Origin: Antedon mediterranea | Taxonomy: Eukaryota; Animalia; Echinodermata | Assembly (NCBI RefSeq): GCF_964355755.1 | Contig: NC_092674.1 | Coordinates: 7,750,001 to 7,814,000, forward strand | Length of the DNA: 64,000 nt | Direction: 5' to 3' | Position numbers and translations under genes: made by a program | Shown here: piece after piece, positions 14,201-26,686 of the stretch | How positions within the stretch are numbered: position 1 is the first letter of the stretch | Layout: every line of letters begins with the position of its first letter | The notes under the pieces: generated by a model | What the model saw: the letters and a program-made list of their open reading frames with translations, nothing else | The model's database searches: none | Told to the model about the DNA's origin: nothing

Positions 14201-17200
14201 AGGTGGTAGAACGAGTCTTCTCGGATAAGGACTATAAACCATAGGTCCAGTGTACACATCTGGCTCATGTGCACTTTAAAGAACCTAGTATATCTTTCGA
14301 GACGAGTAGGGGGTTACCCCTGTGTTCACACATATTCACTGTCACAAGCTCATAATATTATACATACAATGGGCCCTCTAGGAGAACAGAGAATATATAA
14401 TAATAATAACAAATATCTTGTATTTTGTATATCGAATGATATTGTTAACAATAATGTATTATTATAGTATCATTATACAACAATGTAGATATTACCGTTC
14501 AATTAATATTAATATTAGAAGAAGTACCACAACCACCGGAACCAAGCTACCAACTATCACACCTACATACGATTCTAAAAACAATTGGAATAAAATAAAT
14601 TCAAGCATTTCAACAACCTAAATTTGCTAACGGAAGTAAAATATAGTAAACATTTATAATTATGTTACCCACAAGATTCTCATCTTTTTGGGATCCTGTC
14701 TTTGTCCATTTTCTAAATTGTCTCTTGTCATTATTGTTTTTGTTACTTTTTGTCTTGTGGGCGTAACTAAAGTTTTTTTTTTTAATTTGAGACAGAAGAT
14801 GTTGTTTCTAATTATTAATAAAACAACAAAACTACTATTTATTTTACTAACTTAAACGATTATTATTTATTAAAATTTAAATAATAAAAATAAATTTCAA
14901 TTTAAACCAAATATAATACATTAAAAGAAAGCTGAATGACATTCTTAACCAACAACTATAAAATCAGCAAGCATTATGACAAGATTTACATTATTTGTCT
15001 AACCTTTTTACTTACCTTTATCGCAACCAGTCCCAACCATTAGTTTGATTGTATCAGATGTCGTATTAACGTTTAAATACGACGCTAATACTGTGAATGT
15101 ATATTCTATACAGGATTCAATTCCTTCGTCAAAAACAACTTCATTTTTTGTTGTATTCCCTTGTTGAAATATACCACCTGACAGTTCATAATGGTAAGTC
15201 ACATGACGGTCTGGGATGTCGCACGTAGAAGCATTCCACTTAATTTGCAAGTGTGTACCATTTGTGAACGGATTGCATTCTATTGATGGCTCTATCATTG
15301 GAACAGAAAGAAAGTGACTGCGCTGGAGGTAGCCATTTAGCAAAAGGTCGATATAGGCCTAATAGTGCCAACACGTTTGATTATATCGGATGTTCTTATC
15401 ATAATCAATGTAGATAGGAGTATAACATTTCTTTTAAATCCATAGTCTAGTTTTAATTACAGAAAAAAAATGTATCGATTTTATCCATATTTTGAATTAG
15501 CCAATATATTAAATTTCTACAAAAAATATAGTATTTTTACGTGTGCGTTAAAAAAAACTCACCTGACGGCGCTGTTTGTACCGTTATATTCTGTCCCCAA
15601 TTACCAGCAATCTCCAAATTATTAACAACTCGAGCGTTTACGATATATTCAGTACAGCTTGATAATTCGGATAGTTCAACTTCTAATTGAGTACTGTTTG
15701 TTGTGTTGACTACACCTTGTACATTTCCATCAATGTACGAGTATTGCACTTGATATCGAAGAATATAGCTACACTGGATGTGTACAGGAGCACTAGAAAC
15801 AGGCTGAAATATAAGGAAATGATGTTTATTTATATTTAGCAGACAGATTACACAACTGAGAACAAAGGCTCACTTAGCATTGCAAATCTGTGAACCTTTA
15901 AATCATATGGCTTTCTATATTCTGTATTAATTTATTGTTTTTCTATCATTTAGGTTTATTTTTTCTTCGAACTTGCATAAATATTTTTTAAACAAAAAAT
16001 TACCACCGAACTTGCGCTAATGGCTAGGGTTGGATAAAAGCCCAAGTAAGCAACGGGTACTGCATCAATTGGATGATGATTGTGTGCTAGCCTTGCGTCT
16101 CAGTGAGTTAAGCAATGCCCTATTATGCTCTGACGTAATTGTGTATACCTACTTTATACTAAGTACATTGAGAACACTTGCAAACAAATTGGAAGTAATT
16201 CTAGAGTGAGATTCGAACTCACAACCACAGATCACTAGCCTAACGATTCCAGCCCAAGTAGCAGGCTGAAAATATAATATCAAACGTTTTTACAAGAAAA
16301 AAATAATAGAATGGAATATACCTTTAATCTTACGATGACCTGATTATCTTCAACGGTGTTTGATTCTATCTCAGGTTTTTCTAAAGGTTCTATGTAATAC
16401 GTAATAAAGTTCATTAATACTGATAAAATAGGGGACCATATAGTTTTAAACTTGATAATTACTAACTATCAAGTTTATAATATAATAAATGATAGTTTGG
16501 ACACTGACATTTACAAAAACAAATTGTTTAAAAACCTAAAATATCAAACAATAATTATTAAAATATTAGAGCTTACTTGTACATATGGTGTTGGTTGATC
16601 CAATGGTACTCGGTGGTCCATCTACTTCAATACCACCAACCATCCTCGAAAATTGAGAGTAAAATTGAACTTGAGTATTTAGGGTGAGATTATCAATAAC
16701 AACTAAATTGTTACCCGTGTCATTTAATAATACAAATGAATTCATTTCCGATGATTTATACGAAAACTTCCGTCTTGTAATTGTTCCTGTTCCATAGTCT
16801 TTACCAGAAATCCAAGTGACGTCAAAGGTTAGAGTAGTTGCTGTTTGGTGTACAATTGGTGGTCCAGAACCATATGGTAATGCTAATTATGAACACAAAT
16901 AAAAGTATTTCATTAGGGTAGACCACTTGTAGAACGAGATGGTCATCCGACTCGGTGAATGAAACGAAACATTTTATCAGGGCCGTCGTTTATAAAGAAT
17001 ATATATTTTTTTTAAATGGATTCACTTGCAGCTTGTTGATGTTGGTGTGAAATAAAATGGATTTACTTTGTTTAACAAATTGACGGCTGAAGGAGTGAAT
17101 TATCAAAACGACGGCCGTGTATCATGCTAGTAGGCAATGGGCGTTTGAATTGAGGGAGCCGACCTAGTAGATTTCCGCAGAAATGAACGGCGGCCGATAC

Positions 17201-20200
17201 GCAAATTAAAATATTATTATTTTAAAAAAATTCAACTTGTTGACCAATTCTTCTGACGAAAACAAAGCTCAACTCTATCTCCAGCTCCCATAGCGGAATA
17301 ATAATAATAAGATTGAATAGCCTCTACAATACGGGAATCCCTGACTTTATGCCGCACGTGGTTGAAATGTTTTTGTATTGATAATCATTTTTTTTTGTAT
17401 TTCTTTAATAAGTTAAAAATAAGTTCAATATATACCAGGAGTGGGATATTGCATCATGGATGAAAACGTTAACAAAATGCATTGAATCAGGCAATTTTAC
17501 CCTTCCCTGATTGAATAAAATACAGAATTTCTGCGTTACCATCCATTAATAAATATACGGCCATACTAGCTGCTTTGAAACACCGGTTCTCGTCAGATCA
17601 CAAGTTAAGTTGAGTTAGCTGAGCCCGGTTGCGTTCTGGATGGGAGACCGTCTAAGAATCGCATATCGGGTGCTTATATACCGGATAGTGATAATGTAAG
17701 GCTTCCTTTGTATTATTATAGTACCAACCAATTTCATACCTCTGTATTTAGTTAGACGTTTAATGCTAAAAAAAACATATAACAAAATAATATCTTGCAT
17801 AATAATAGTGTATGGTATTACCTATGCTGCAGTTTGGTCCAGCCCAAGCCTCGTGACATTCATCAGGACAACTTCCATCTCGATTACAATCTTCAGAGTT
17901 TTTGCAGTGACATGGGTAGTTACACAAATCACCAAATAAACCAGACGGACATTCTGAAGGTACTACACAAACAAAGCATACTTGAATAACGTTTGAATAT
18001 TGAAATAAAAATGTGTTCACCTCGGTCACAGTTCTTTACAGTATGATATGGATGTGCTTAAAAAGAATGGTAGTATATACTTGAGTGTATTAACATACTT
18101 AAGAAAAACGGGACAGAAATATTGACATAATATGTGCAACTCCTTCTGGGTAATCACATACGTTTGTAGCAGGCTTGGGACAAATAGGGTATGTATCACA
18201 GACGAAGTTGATTAGAAGGATTTGCATTGTCTGCTTATTTCCATGGGCATACTAATAAATAGAAAATGGCTATACGATACCTTGACAAGTATCACCAGTG
18301 TATCCATCCGAACATTCTGACCCGGATGAACATCCTGTGTGTATATCACAAACACTATCGTTACAGTGACATTCTTGGCGACAATCTGCTCCATAATACC
18401 CAGTCTTGCACTCTATAATAATAATATTTATTCGGTCATCAATGTAAAAAATAACTAGGAATGAGAATAGGCTAAAGCCCAAACAGATTCTTAACTCACT
18501 CCATAAAACATCATATAAAACATTTAATATTGTATTATTGTATTTTATAGCCATGATTGTTTTGAAAATTAATACAATTATTATAGGCATATAGTATACT
18601 GTTCCGTAGTTTTTTTGCCAAGGAATTATATTATTTTATATATGTCCCCCTGAATTTTTTGTATGTATATGCCATTTTAAAGTCACATACTATTTATGCA
18701 CTTGACCATGGATCGGAAAAATAATATTTACCTAAAAAACTGTAATTTAAAGAAAACATAAACAAATTGTCTGTCAATTAGGGGTCATAACTTTATTAAA
18801 ACAAAAAAATAACCTATCCATCCAAAGTCTCATAATATTTATTTTTCATGTTTTTGAGGGAAAATACATCTTCAAAATGTAACAATATTATATTAACTTG
18901 AGTATACTCATATAATTGCAACAATTCCTATGATATTAACACTCTATAACCTGTATTACAATCTTTTTCTCCAAAACCATTGATGCATGTACAACCAACT
19001 GGATCAGGTGGACATAAAAGAGCTCCTTGGCAATTGTTGCCAGTAGTAGAGGAACACACAGAGTCACATTTACGCCCCCAGTCGTTATTTCCACAACCTA
19101 TCGGATTAAATAACATACAATTACGTGCAATATGATGCATGTTATATAACTCCTCTGCGTATTTTAACAATAAATTATACAGTAATTAGGCGTACCGTGT
19201 TTACAAGATTCGCCGTCGAATCCTGGTGGGCAAATACACAGACCCGTTTTATCGTCACACACTCCGCCATTGTAACATACGCGACAGTTCATTTCACAGT
19301 CTGGAGGATTCCAATTTGGCGAAGGACAATCTATTTGGCAAATACGTGAGAAAAATGTAAGTGTATGAAAATGCATTTAGGCCTAACAAGTTATTATCAA
19401 ATTCAGCTGCACTGTAAAATATGAAAATATGTTTAACTTATAATTTCAGTAAAATTAAACCTCCATGAATATTTGATCTAAAGCCTATACGTATAAGCAT
19501 TTGCCTATGTTTTCTCAGAAACCCAATTTTCAAAACCTATAATATAGACTCTTTATCAAAATTCCTTGTATTGCAACCTACCTCTAACAATAAGTCTCAT
19601 GATACCATGGTTACCATCAGGGCTAGCACTTGTATAACATTCATATACGCCATCATCTTTTTTTCGTATGTTTTCGATCACAGCGGACGTATTACCCCTC
19701 ATGTTGTATATTTCTTCACCGTAATTTTGTCTCCAACGTAAATCGTTAATATCACCACCTTTACTGAGATTGATAGTGACAGACTCTCCAATACCGACCG
19801 TTATGGTTCTGTACTCCATATCAATATTGGCTATAAACAATAATATTAGTAAACTATAGTATTGAAATAAAAATGAAATTAGAAATGCTTTAGATATAAA
19901 CATTAAACACATTAGTACGTATATTTGACAATAAATCATCATAACATTACTCACCAGAAGCGGATGTCAATACAATAGCTGATTTTGTAACGACTTCGCC
20001 TTTCTTTGCTTTGAATGAAAAGACGCCAACTCTTTCGGTCTGAGGTTGTAACTTGTTATCAACACCCAGCCACGTGTGAATCGCCTCGTTTACTCGGTAT
20101 ATAATTGTGCTGTTTGTGTTAAATATTTTATATTCAGGCATATTTTTTGATAGTGGGTTTGTACCACTTTTATATTCAGTATCATTCCAAGTCACGTTGT

Positions 20201-21112
20201 CTTTCCCATCAATAATCTTGTATAATATTCCAACTGATAAGTCTCTAATATTGTTGTCGTCTTTAAGTGTGTATCCTCGAAACCAACTACTACCAGATGA
20301 CGTCAGCGGTGTTTCAGAAAAACATGTTATATCTAATGGATCTTGAAAAAAAAAATATTCTTGAATAAATCATTTTGAATCAGGCCGCTACTTGCTCCAG
20401 AAATGGTCCCAATTGTAAAGAAAACAGTACTGTACTATATACACAATTTAATTTATAAAGTAATTTTCATAGGTGGTCGTGTTAGCCTATTTAATATAGT
20501 AGGCCTTTATATTTCATTTATTGGAAACCACATAGCACCAATCGGAGTAATGTATAATTTTACAACATATTTGGACCAAACAATACGTAAACTTTTGCAA
20601 GTAATCTATACGATTTACTGAATTTAGAATCAGACGGATCAAGTAAAATGTAAAGTAAAGACTATTATGCATGCTATGTGAACGCACAGAGGAATTTGAG
20701 TTTTGTTAAAATTAAATTAGGCCTAAACATAAAAAAAATGTTACCTTTTAAAAATCCTGTAAAAAAATAACTGTTACACAAAAATAAACATTATTCCAGT
20801 TAGAATATAAACATTTGTAAATAACATTTTTTTTAAATCTCTAATGAGAGTATACACAACTATATGAATGAAATACAACTGAAGTGATCCGATTTACAGT
20901 CATAAATTGGGAAATAGAAGAAGTATGGCCGATCGTCAGTATGTAATACAAGTGTCAAAAGTTAAAAAGAATCATTGATATCTAGTTATTTAAGCAATAT
21001 AAATGCTAAACTAAATAGGCTAAATCCTACCCGATGATCTGCTTTGGCACGTCAGAAAGAGAAGAAGAAAATAGTTTCGAAAACATTTGACCAACATCTC
21101 GACGAAAGTCAT
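2249..21112 (-). CDS. Receptor-type protein tyrosine phosphatase with Tie-like ectodomain, copy A (28 exons, about 1400 aa)
   Basis: Manually spliced GT-AG exons in transcript order: 21031-21112 (signal peptide MTFVEMLVKCFRNYFLLLFLTCQSRSS), 19955-20341 (Ig1), 19582-19830 (Ig2, DDGVYECY..MRLIVR), 19196-19330, 18951-19097, 18281-18412, 17822-17962 (EGF-like), 16577-16882, 16322-16389, 15563-15803, 15016-15291 (FN3), 14496-14574 (TM VGVIVGSLVPVVVVLLLILILI), 13898-13974, 13346-13575, 11858-11945 (KNRY), 11468-11544 (DYINAS), 10868-10904, 10606-10703, 10092-10214 (KCEQYWP), 9290-9456 (WPD, VHCS), 8779-8914 (AGAGRTG), 8414-8551, 8159-8258, 7629-7702, 5152-5409, 3214-3362, 2651-2786, 2249-2320 (YVNV*). 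Lengths sum to 4203 nt, divisible by 3, with compatible phases. Confidence 0.9.
3656..5140 (-). mobile_element. Non-autonomous Helentron-type (HINE/DINE-like) element in intron 25 of copy A
   Basis: One end has AGGTTATATGCAT-atc-ATGCATATAACCT (subterminal inverted pair) next to an (AAAT)n microsatellite. The other end has the same AGGTTATATGCAT motif, the hairpin AATTCGTCActaTGACGAATT and a terminal CTAG. No TSD is seen. Related copies occur at 37009 and 57806. Confidence 0.7.
5578..7576 (+). mobile_element. Non-autonomous Helitron in intron 24 of copy A
   Basis: 5' end A|TCTATATATT; 3' hairpin CCGTGCggaGCACGG followed by CTAG|T at 7573-7577, an A-T insertion site without TSD. A degenerate copy of the terminator lies at about 7115-7140. 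Confidence 0.7.
6720..7030. mobile_element. Possible MITE nested in the Helitron
   Basis: Imperfect inverted ends AAGTTGAGGCCCCTTATG and CATGAGGGGTCCCCAACTT; internal tRNA-like remnant (GATTCGAACC...CCACTCGACTA). Confidence 0.4.
8414..11945 (-). other. PTP D1 domain exons of copy A (catalytic motifs intact)
   Basis: KNRY, DYINAS, FIACQGP, DMWRMVW, KCEQYWP, WPD, VHCSAGAGRTG and QTEEQY are all present across exons 15-22. Confidence 0.9.
13003..13204. repeat. Imperfect palindrome of about 200 bp (arms about 90 bp), probably the end of an unclassified element spanning about 12275-13204
   Basis: ACAGATATTG..GGTTAAATATAAGATTT..CATCCCC..GGGAATGATATTAAGTTC..GGAATATATATTTCCC is mirrored after a loop of about 14 nt. 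Confidence 0.8.
14168..14400 (+). mobile_element. tRNA-derived SINE, Deu-core-like, 5' truncated
   Basis: GGATAAGGACTATAAACC...TTAAAGAACC...TTCGAGACGAGTAGGGGGTTACCCC resembles the Deu SINE core; a second, inverted copy lies at 42535-42818. Confidence 0.65.
17553..17678 (+). pseudogene. 5S rRNA-derived pseudogene or SINE3 head
   Basis: TACGGCCATAC...TCTCGTCAGATC...AAGTTAAG...TGGATGGGAGACCG...GAAT...CGGGTGCT is collinear with eukaryotic 5S rRNA but carries indels. Confidence 0.75.
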
Positions 21113-21212
21113 GAATGTGTTACCATTACCTACAATCTTAACCTTAATGCTTAACACTTTAAATCAGTTCAACTATACAACAGTTAGTTGTGAATTATTA
21201 TTGTAAATTACA

Positions 21213-21246
21213 ACTTATACTAGTTTATAATGCGTTTCCTTGTTTA
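21213..21246 (-). promoter_or_regulatory. Candidate core promoter of copy A
   Basis: Minus-strand TAAACAAGGAAAC followed by GTATAAGT; both motifs recur in the same order upstream of copy B exon 1. Confidence 0.4.
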
Positions 21247-22339
21247 TGTAAGTGTCCATTTGGAGATAAGATGAACTTGAGTTAGTTCCTAGTTCTTATG
21301 CAAATAGATTAGTTACTTTGATACTGAAACTTCAACATCTTTCATCTAATTATAGTAGTGTACTGTATTTGTTGATTTATATGTTTTTATCACTTTAGTC
21401 AAGACAAAATAACACTACATTTTACAATAATCATCATGAAAGTATATTATTACTACTTTCAGAAAGTGTTTTTCTTTGTTCTGCCCAACAACTAGTCTAT
21501 ACTCTAGCTAATACCTGTAATATTAGCCCTTTATTATTATTTTTTTTTAAACGGGATTTCTGTAGTTATGTGTTGAATGCCAGAGCAGGTTTATTTCAGT
21601 TTCAGCAGCTTATTTTTCATAATGAGCAGTAAGCAGTTTGACCAAACTATTTAACCATGAAGGAAGTCAAGACACCCAAAGGCTAAAGCGGTGACACCAG
21701 TCTTAGCGATTGTCTGCACGGAAAATGTCAGCAGCCAGAAACATGTTTATACTTGAAATGGCACTGTATGCACAACATGACTTTCCAATATCATCATCAC
21801 AATTTTCTACATTGAACAAAATTGTTAACGATTACTGTATCGTGAAATTTCACTTGCTAGAGTTTTTTTTTCAAGAATTATTTCCTTGTTTATTTAGATG
21901 TCATTTATCAAATATAATAGGAACTTGTATGCTATTTCCTAGTGCATAATAGTGATTTTGACACTTTACTGCTACTTACTTCACACGATACACGATAATG
22001 AATCGAAAAAAATTATTTCCTGATGAAACTATAATTAGAAGTCGATTCAATTGCATAATACATCAGCTGTTTACACTTGTAAAATGTTAAGAAACTTTTA
22101 ATAACTTCTTATCAACCATGGTGATTTAACACCATCAAAACATCCAAAATGTCCTACATCTTACTAGGAAGAATAATTTAAAAAGTATGAAACGATAGGT
22201 AATTTCATTTTCATAACATTTATTTACAAACTCTGACAAAAAAATAATATTAATAATACTAGTAATTTAATTTAATTAGTAATAATTTTCAAAAAGATAT
22301 TTTATTTAATATCTGACAAAAAAGTAAAGAAAAATACAA

Positions 22340-23110
22340 TGCAAATAATATAATGATAATAGGTCAGATAATGACAAGGCAGATGCCCGGAAAGGTGAAG
22401 AAAAACATTTTGAGGTGGGCGAACCTTAATAAATAAAATAAATAAGAAAAATAATAAATAAATAAATAAACAAAACAATTAAATAAATAATTAATTAAAT
22501 AAAAATGGATAAATATAAAAAAGGAGGAAGTATGGAAAAGATAGGTACTGGTCAAGATATGACAGGCTAATAATTTTAAAATTTAAATACATTTTAGAAG
22601 GCAGATTATAAAAATGGACTATTCCATAATGTGGGTCCGGAGTATCTAATATTGTAATAATGAGTTGGTTTTATGGATAGGTACAGAAATAGTGTTATGA
22701 GATTGTATGGTTGGGATGGAGTGAAGAGGTGAAAGTAAAAGGATAGCAGAGGTGGTTTGGCAGAACATGGTAAATGGAAGAGAAGACAACATTATTTTGT
22801 TGGATGAGATTAATGTCATTGAGTTTCATAAGGCAAAGCTTCAAGAATAAATTTGATGTGTGGGACAGTGGTGGTGCTCCAGATATAATCCTGAGATTCT
22901 TTTGGAGAGTATGAAGCTTTTTAAGGTTGGTAGGGTATGTGTTGCACCAGACAATGTTGCAGTAACTCAGATAGGAAAGAATGAGGGAGCAATAAGGAAT
23001 CCGTAAAATATATTTGGGTAAATAAGATGATAACCTGAAAATAATACCAATTATTATAGATTTTATTTTCAACACCATTTATATGTGATTTCCAGGTGAG
23101 ACCGCTAATG
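22340..23110 (-). mobile_element. 3' fragment of a CR1/L2-group LINE
   Basis: ORF 22695-23078 (YCSLILSYLSYCNIVWCNTYPTNLKKLHTLQK) matches the post-RT region typical of CR1/L2 ORF2. Confidence 0.75.
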
Positions 23111-23203
23111 ACTTTATCATGACTAGGAACATGTGAAACAAATAGTTATAGATAACAGACCAATCCAGACATTAGTTTAAAGAGGTCGACAGGTTGTCAA
23201 CGT

Positions 23204-23336
23204 AAAGCTTGGTTCCCACTAGAGACGCAACGCAAGGACGTAAGCGCAACGGAAGTGATTTGACCAATCATAGGGAATGGATTTTTAGAACTTTCATTGG
23301 TCAACTCACTTGCGTATATCGTTGGAACCAGGCTTT
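23204..23336. mobile_element. Short MITE
   Basis: Inverted termini AAAGCTTGGTTCCCA and TGGAACCAGGCTTT, plus an internal inverted pair TGACCAAT and ATTGGTCA. Confidence 0.6.
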
Positions 23337-24577
23337 GGGTAAACACAGTAGGTATTTTTGTTCAGCACAAAAGTAAAAAATATTAACATTTAAAATATTA
23401 TATGTTAGGCCTATTTCTTGGTGAAATTACGGATTTCACACCGTAAAATAAGCCATTCAAACTACCGGAATAAATGGTTACCTACTGAGTAACATACCAA
23501 TAATACAACTGCTCACCGTTGTACTTCCCGAGTAATGTACACGCAAATAACAACAGTCTCCAATAAGTGTGCCTACGACTTGCGATCTACCAGCTTAAAT
23601 AAACATGTTTAACATACGATAAACACTTATCACGTATTCAATAAATTACTGTACTTTTAAATTATGATTTTCCAAACAATGACGGAATTCTTGATATACT
23701 AGTAATACTTGCTGTGGAAGATAGTGTTTCCTGACGATTAGTTGTCGGTAACTGTATGAAAAATAAGCCATTCTTCAAGTCGTAAATATGCGAAGCTTGT
23801 GAAGCCACCAACAACTATGAATAATTTTTGATGATGGCTTTCCTTTATTAAATTGCATAGTGTAGGTAATGTATAATACAGTCAGTTTAGCCATTTGTTT
23901 TTTTCAATCGTTCAGGAAAGTGATGATGTGAAGCTGTTTGTTGCCGCGAGTTTTTATTACTTATTTATACCAACAATTATGGGATTCACACCCTGAAAAC
24001 ATCACTAAAATTCATCCACCAAGCACATTTTTTGTTTCTAATTTAAATGATGATGATTAATTTAACTATGTTTAAATTTGAGATAAAACAGTAATGTTTG
24101 TTTATTTATCTGTATATTTTTATTATTTTTATTCATGTACTGAAATGTAAATTCTCTTTTTAATTTGCATTCTTTGAGTATTATTTTATGTATAGGCACT
24201 TTCAGCACAAGCTCTGCTTTTTGAAAACAGTGCCTCCTTCGTGATTTTTTCTGTATATTTTTGTTTATTTATGAAGAAAATAAGGTTATTTTGATTGATT
24301 GATTTTTTGACGAAGTCAACAACATATTATTATACAAGTATAATTACACAACTTTTAAGAAGTAACGCTCGGCCTTATTAATGAATAAAGTACAAACCGT
24401 ACCCCAAATGCTTATTATTATGGCCTAACATTTTTTAGAAAGGGAGAATCAACCAAATAAAGTCGTTGATGTAAAACAATAAAATAAATTAAAAAAAAAC
24501 ACAAACCCGATGGGCCATGAAGTACGGACAATCTTTTTCCATCTGATTATGTATAGTAATACATTAATTTATACCTA

Positions 24578-25240
24578 TTTATTTATTTATTATTTTTTTA
24601 TTTATTCAATTTCGTCCATATACAATACAGAGAAGTAAAAACAAATATAAAGGCAAGGAAAGGCCAAACAGGTGCTAAACACCTATGCTAGTTGGTCAAC
24701 CCAGAACAGAGTACAGAAATAAACAACAACAAAATTACATTCTACAATTAAAGCATCTACAAGAAATTTCAATATCAAAATTGTTTAAAAATAATGAGAT
24801 AATTTAATAATTTGGTTTTAAAAGAACTAACAGAAATATCTAAGTTGCGAATTTGACCGGGTAAGTTGTTCCAAATTAGGGTAACACGTGGGATATATTA
24901 TTGAAAAGAAGATTCTGTTCTGCAGCGACGAATATCAAAAAGAGTACAAACAGAAGAAGAGCTACGAGTAATACGCTGTGGATTGCGAATATTAAATAAA
25001 TTGTCAGTATTAATTATATTAGAATTGAATAACTTAAAAAGAAAAACGATATAAGTAAATTGACGCCTATACCATAATTGTAATAAATTGCATGTTTGAA
25101 GTCTGCATTTGTAATCAGCTTCTAAATAAATTTAGTTGCTCTACGCTGAACTCCCTCAAGTTGTATCATATAAGTTTTACAATTGGGAGACCAGACAGTA
25201 GAGAAGTATTCTAGGTAACTACGAACAATACTTAAATAAC
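24578..25240 (-). mobile_element. 3' fragment of a CR1-type LINE
   Basis: The minus strand encodes YLSIVRSYLEYFSTVWSP...QLEGVQRRATKFI and ends in an (AAAT)n-like tail. Confidence 0.75.
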
Positions 25241-25635
25241 GGATAATAATTCACTGTTGTTGATATTGGCACATTATGTCGTTATTTGTGAAAAACGCGT
25301 ATTGGCGACGCAGAGTCAGAAACGTATACAGTATACTGGAAATAATAAGTAAGACAATTTATTATACTAAATATAATATATTATTAAAAGTATAATACCG
25401 AAATAAAAGTATCACAGCATTGCATTGCTAATAACTATGATTTAGAAATGTATTAAATATTGTTGAATAATTCAGTTTATTTATCTTTTTATTGATATCA
25501 CATTATAATATTATATATTGTTACGGTTTATTTCTTCTTGTGTTTCCATACAATGCTGTACTATTACATATGCCTATATGTATGTGACTCCTATGAACCT
25601 AAATTATGTAATAATGTAATATTGAATGTAATACA

Positions 25636-25870
25636 GTTGTTTTATATAAATGTACACGACTATAATATATACTATGTGTATACAAAATGGAGTTAATATA
25701 AGCCTATTCTCTATTTAAATATTTTAAAAGTATATAATTATTATATATTATCATTATCAGTTTTATATAAATGTAGACGTACTACTATATATACTATGTA
25801 TATACAAAATGGAGTTAATCTAAGTCTATTCTCTATTTAAATATTTTTATAGTATATAATTATTATATAT
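25636..25870. repeat. Direct tandem duplication of about 120 bp
   Basis: GTTTTATATAAATGTA..CG...ATACAAAATGGAGTTAAT..AAG.CTATTCTCTATTTAAATATTTT...GTATATAATTATTATATAT occurs twice. Confidence 0.7.
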
Positions 25871-26686
25871 TTTGTTATTATTTTTATTATTATTATCATC
25901 GGTGTGTAGATATTTACATTAGTGATACTGTGTAATATTTCAGATAATATAATTTAGTTATATTACAATAATAACAATATCAAAGTGTCTAGTACTGTAC
26001 TACCAGACTTGTTACTTTTGAAGAGTGTTGTGAAGTTCGGGATATTCAGCAGCTAGTGGTATTGAACATATAGACTCAGAATAATGAGTGTTGTAATGTT
26101 TAGGAGTATACATAGTTTATGGGTTAAGATACACAGAAGCAAAAGTGGCTTGTCTTTGTAGTCCTAAGCATAAACATAAAACATATACAGTACGGACGCA
26201 TTACATTAACAAAAAATGACATTTTGAGACAGAAAAAGAAAAAAAAACAAAGTGAGATAAGCAAAATATTTACAACCCCAATTTTGAAGTAGCAATAGTA
26301 GCTAGCAATATGTTTCAAATATCATCTTTTTAATATTGTACTTTAGCATAGGGAGCGAGGTCATGTGATTTTGTTCTAGAGTAGACTGAAGTTTATTCCA
26401 GTAAGTTGGTCCTTCAATCAAAATTGATCTTTTATTAATTTCTAGTCTACTGTGTGGAATATATCTTATTTGCGTTTCTTAATGTCTTTAAGCGATCAGT
26501 TTTAGGGTATCTCAGTTACTAGCACTCAACTTATTACCTTTGATGAAGGTTGTGAGATTTCAGTCTGTTATATTCCAAGTAGGATAAGAATATTGAAACG
26601 GTCAACCGTGCGTATACTTTTTGGTGCTTATTACTTCTACTCGGTTTCTAGGTAATGAATATACGTATCAAGTATTAAGCACTGCT

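Noticed and set aside
16200-16262. tRNA-like B-box fragments (also about 4010, 6045, 6845)
   Set aside because: No complete cloverleaf; they are remnants inside repeats, not tRNA genes.
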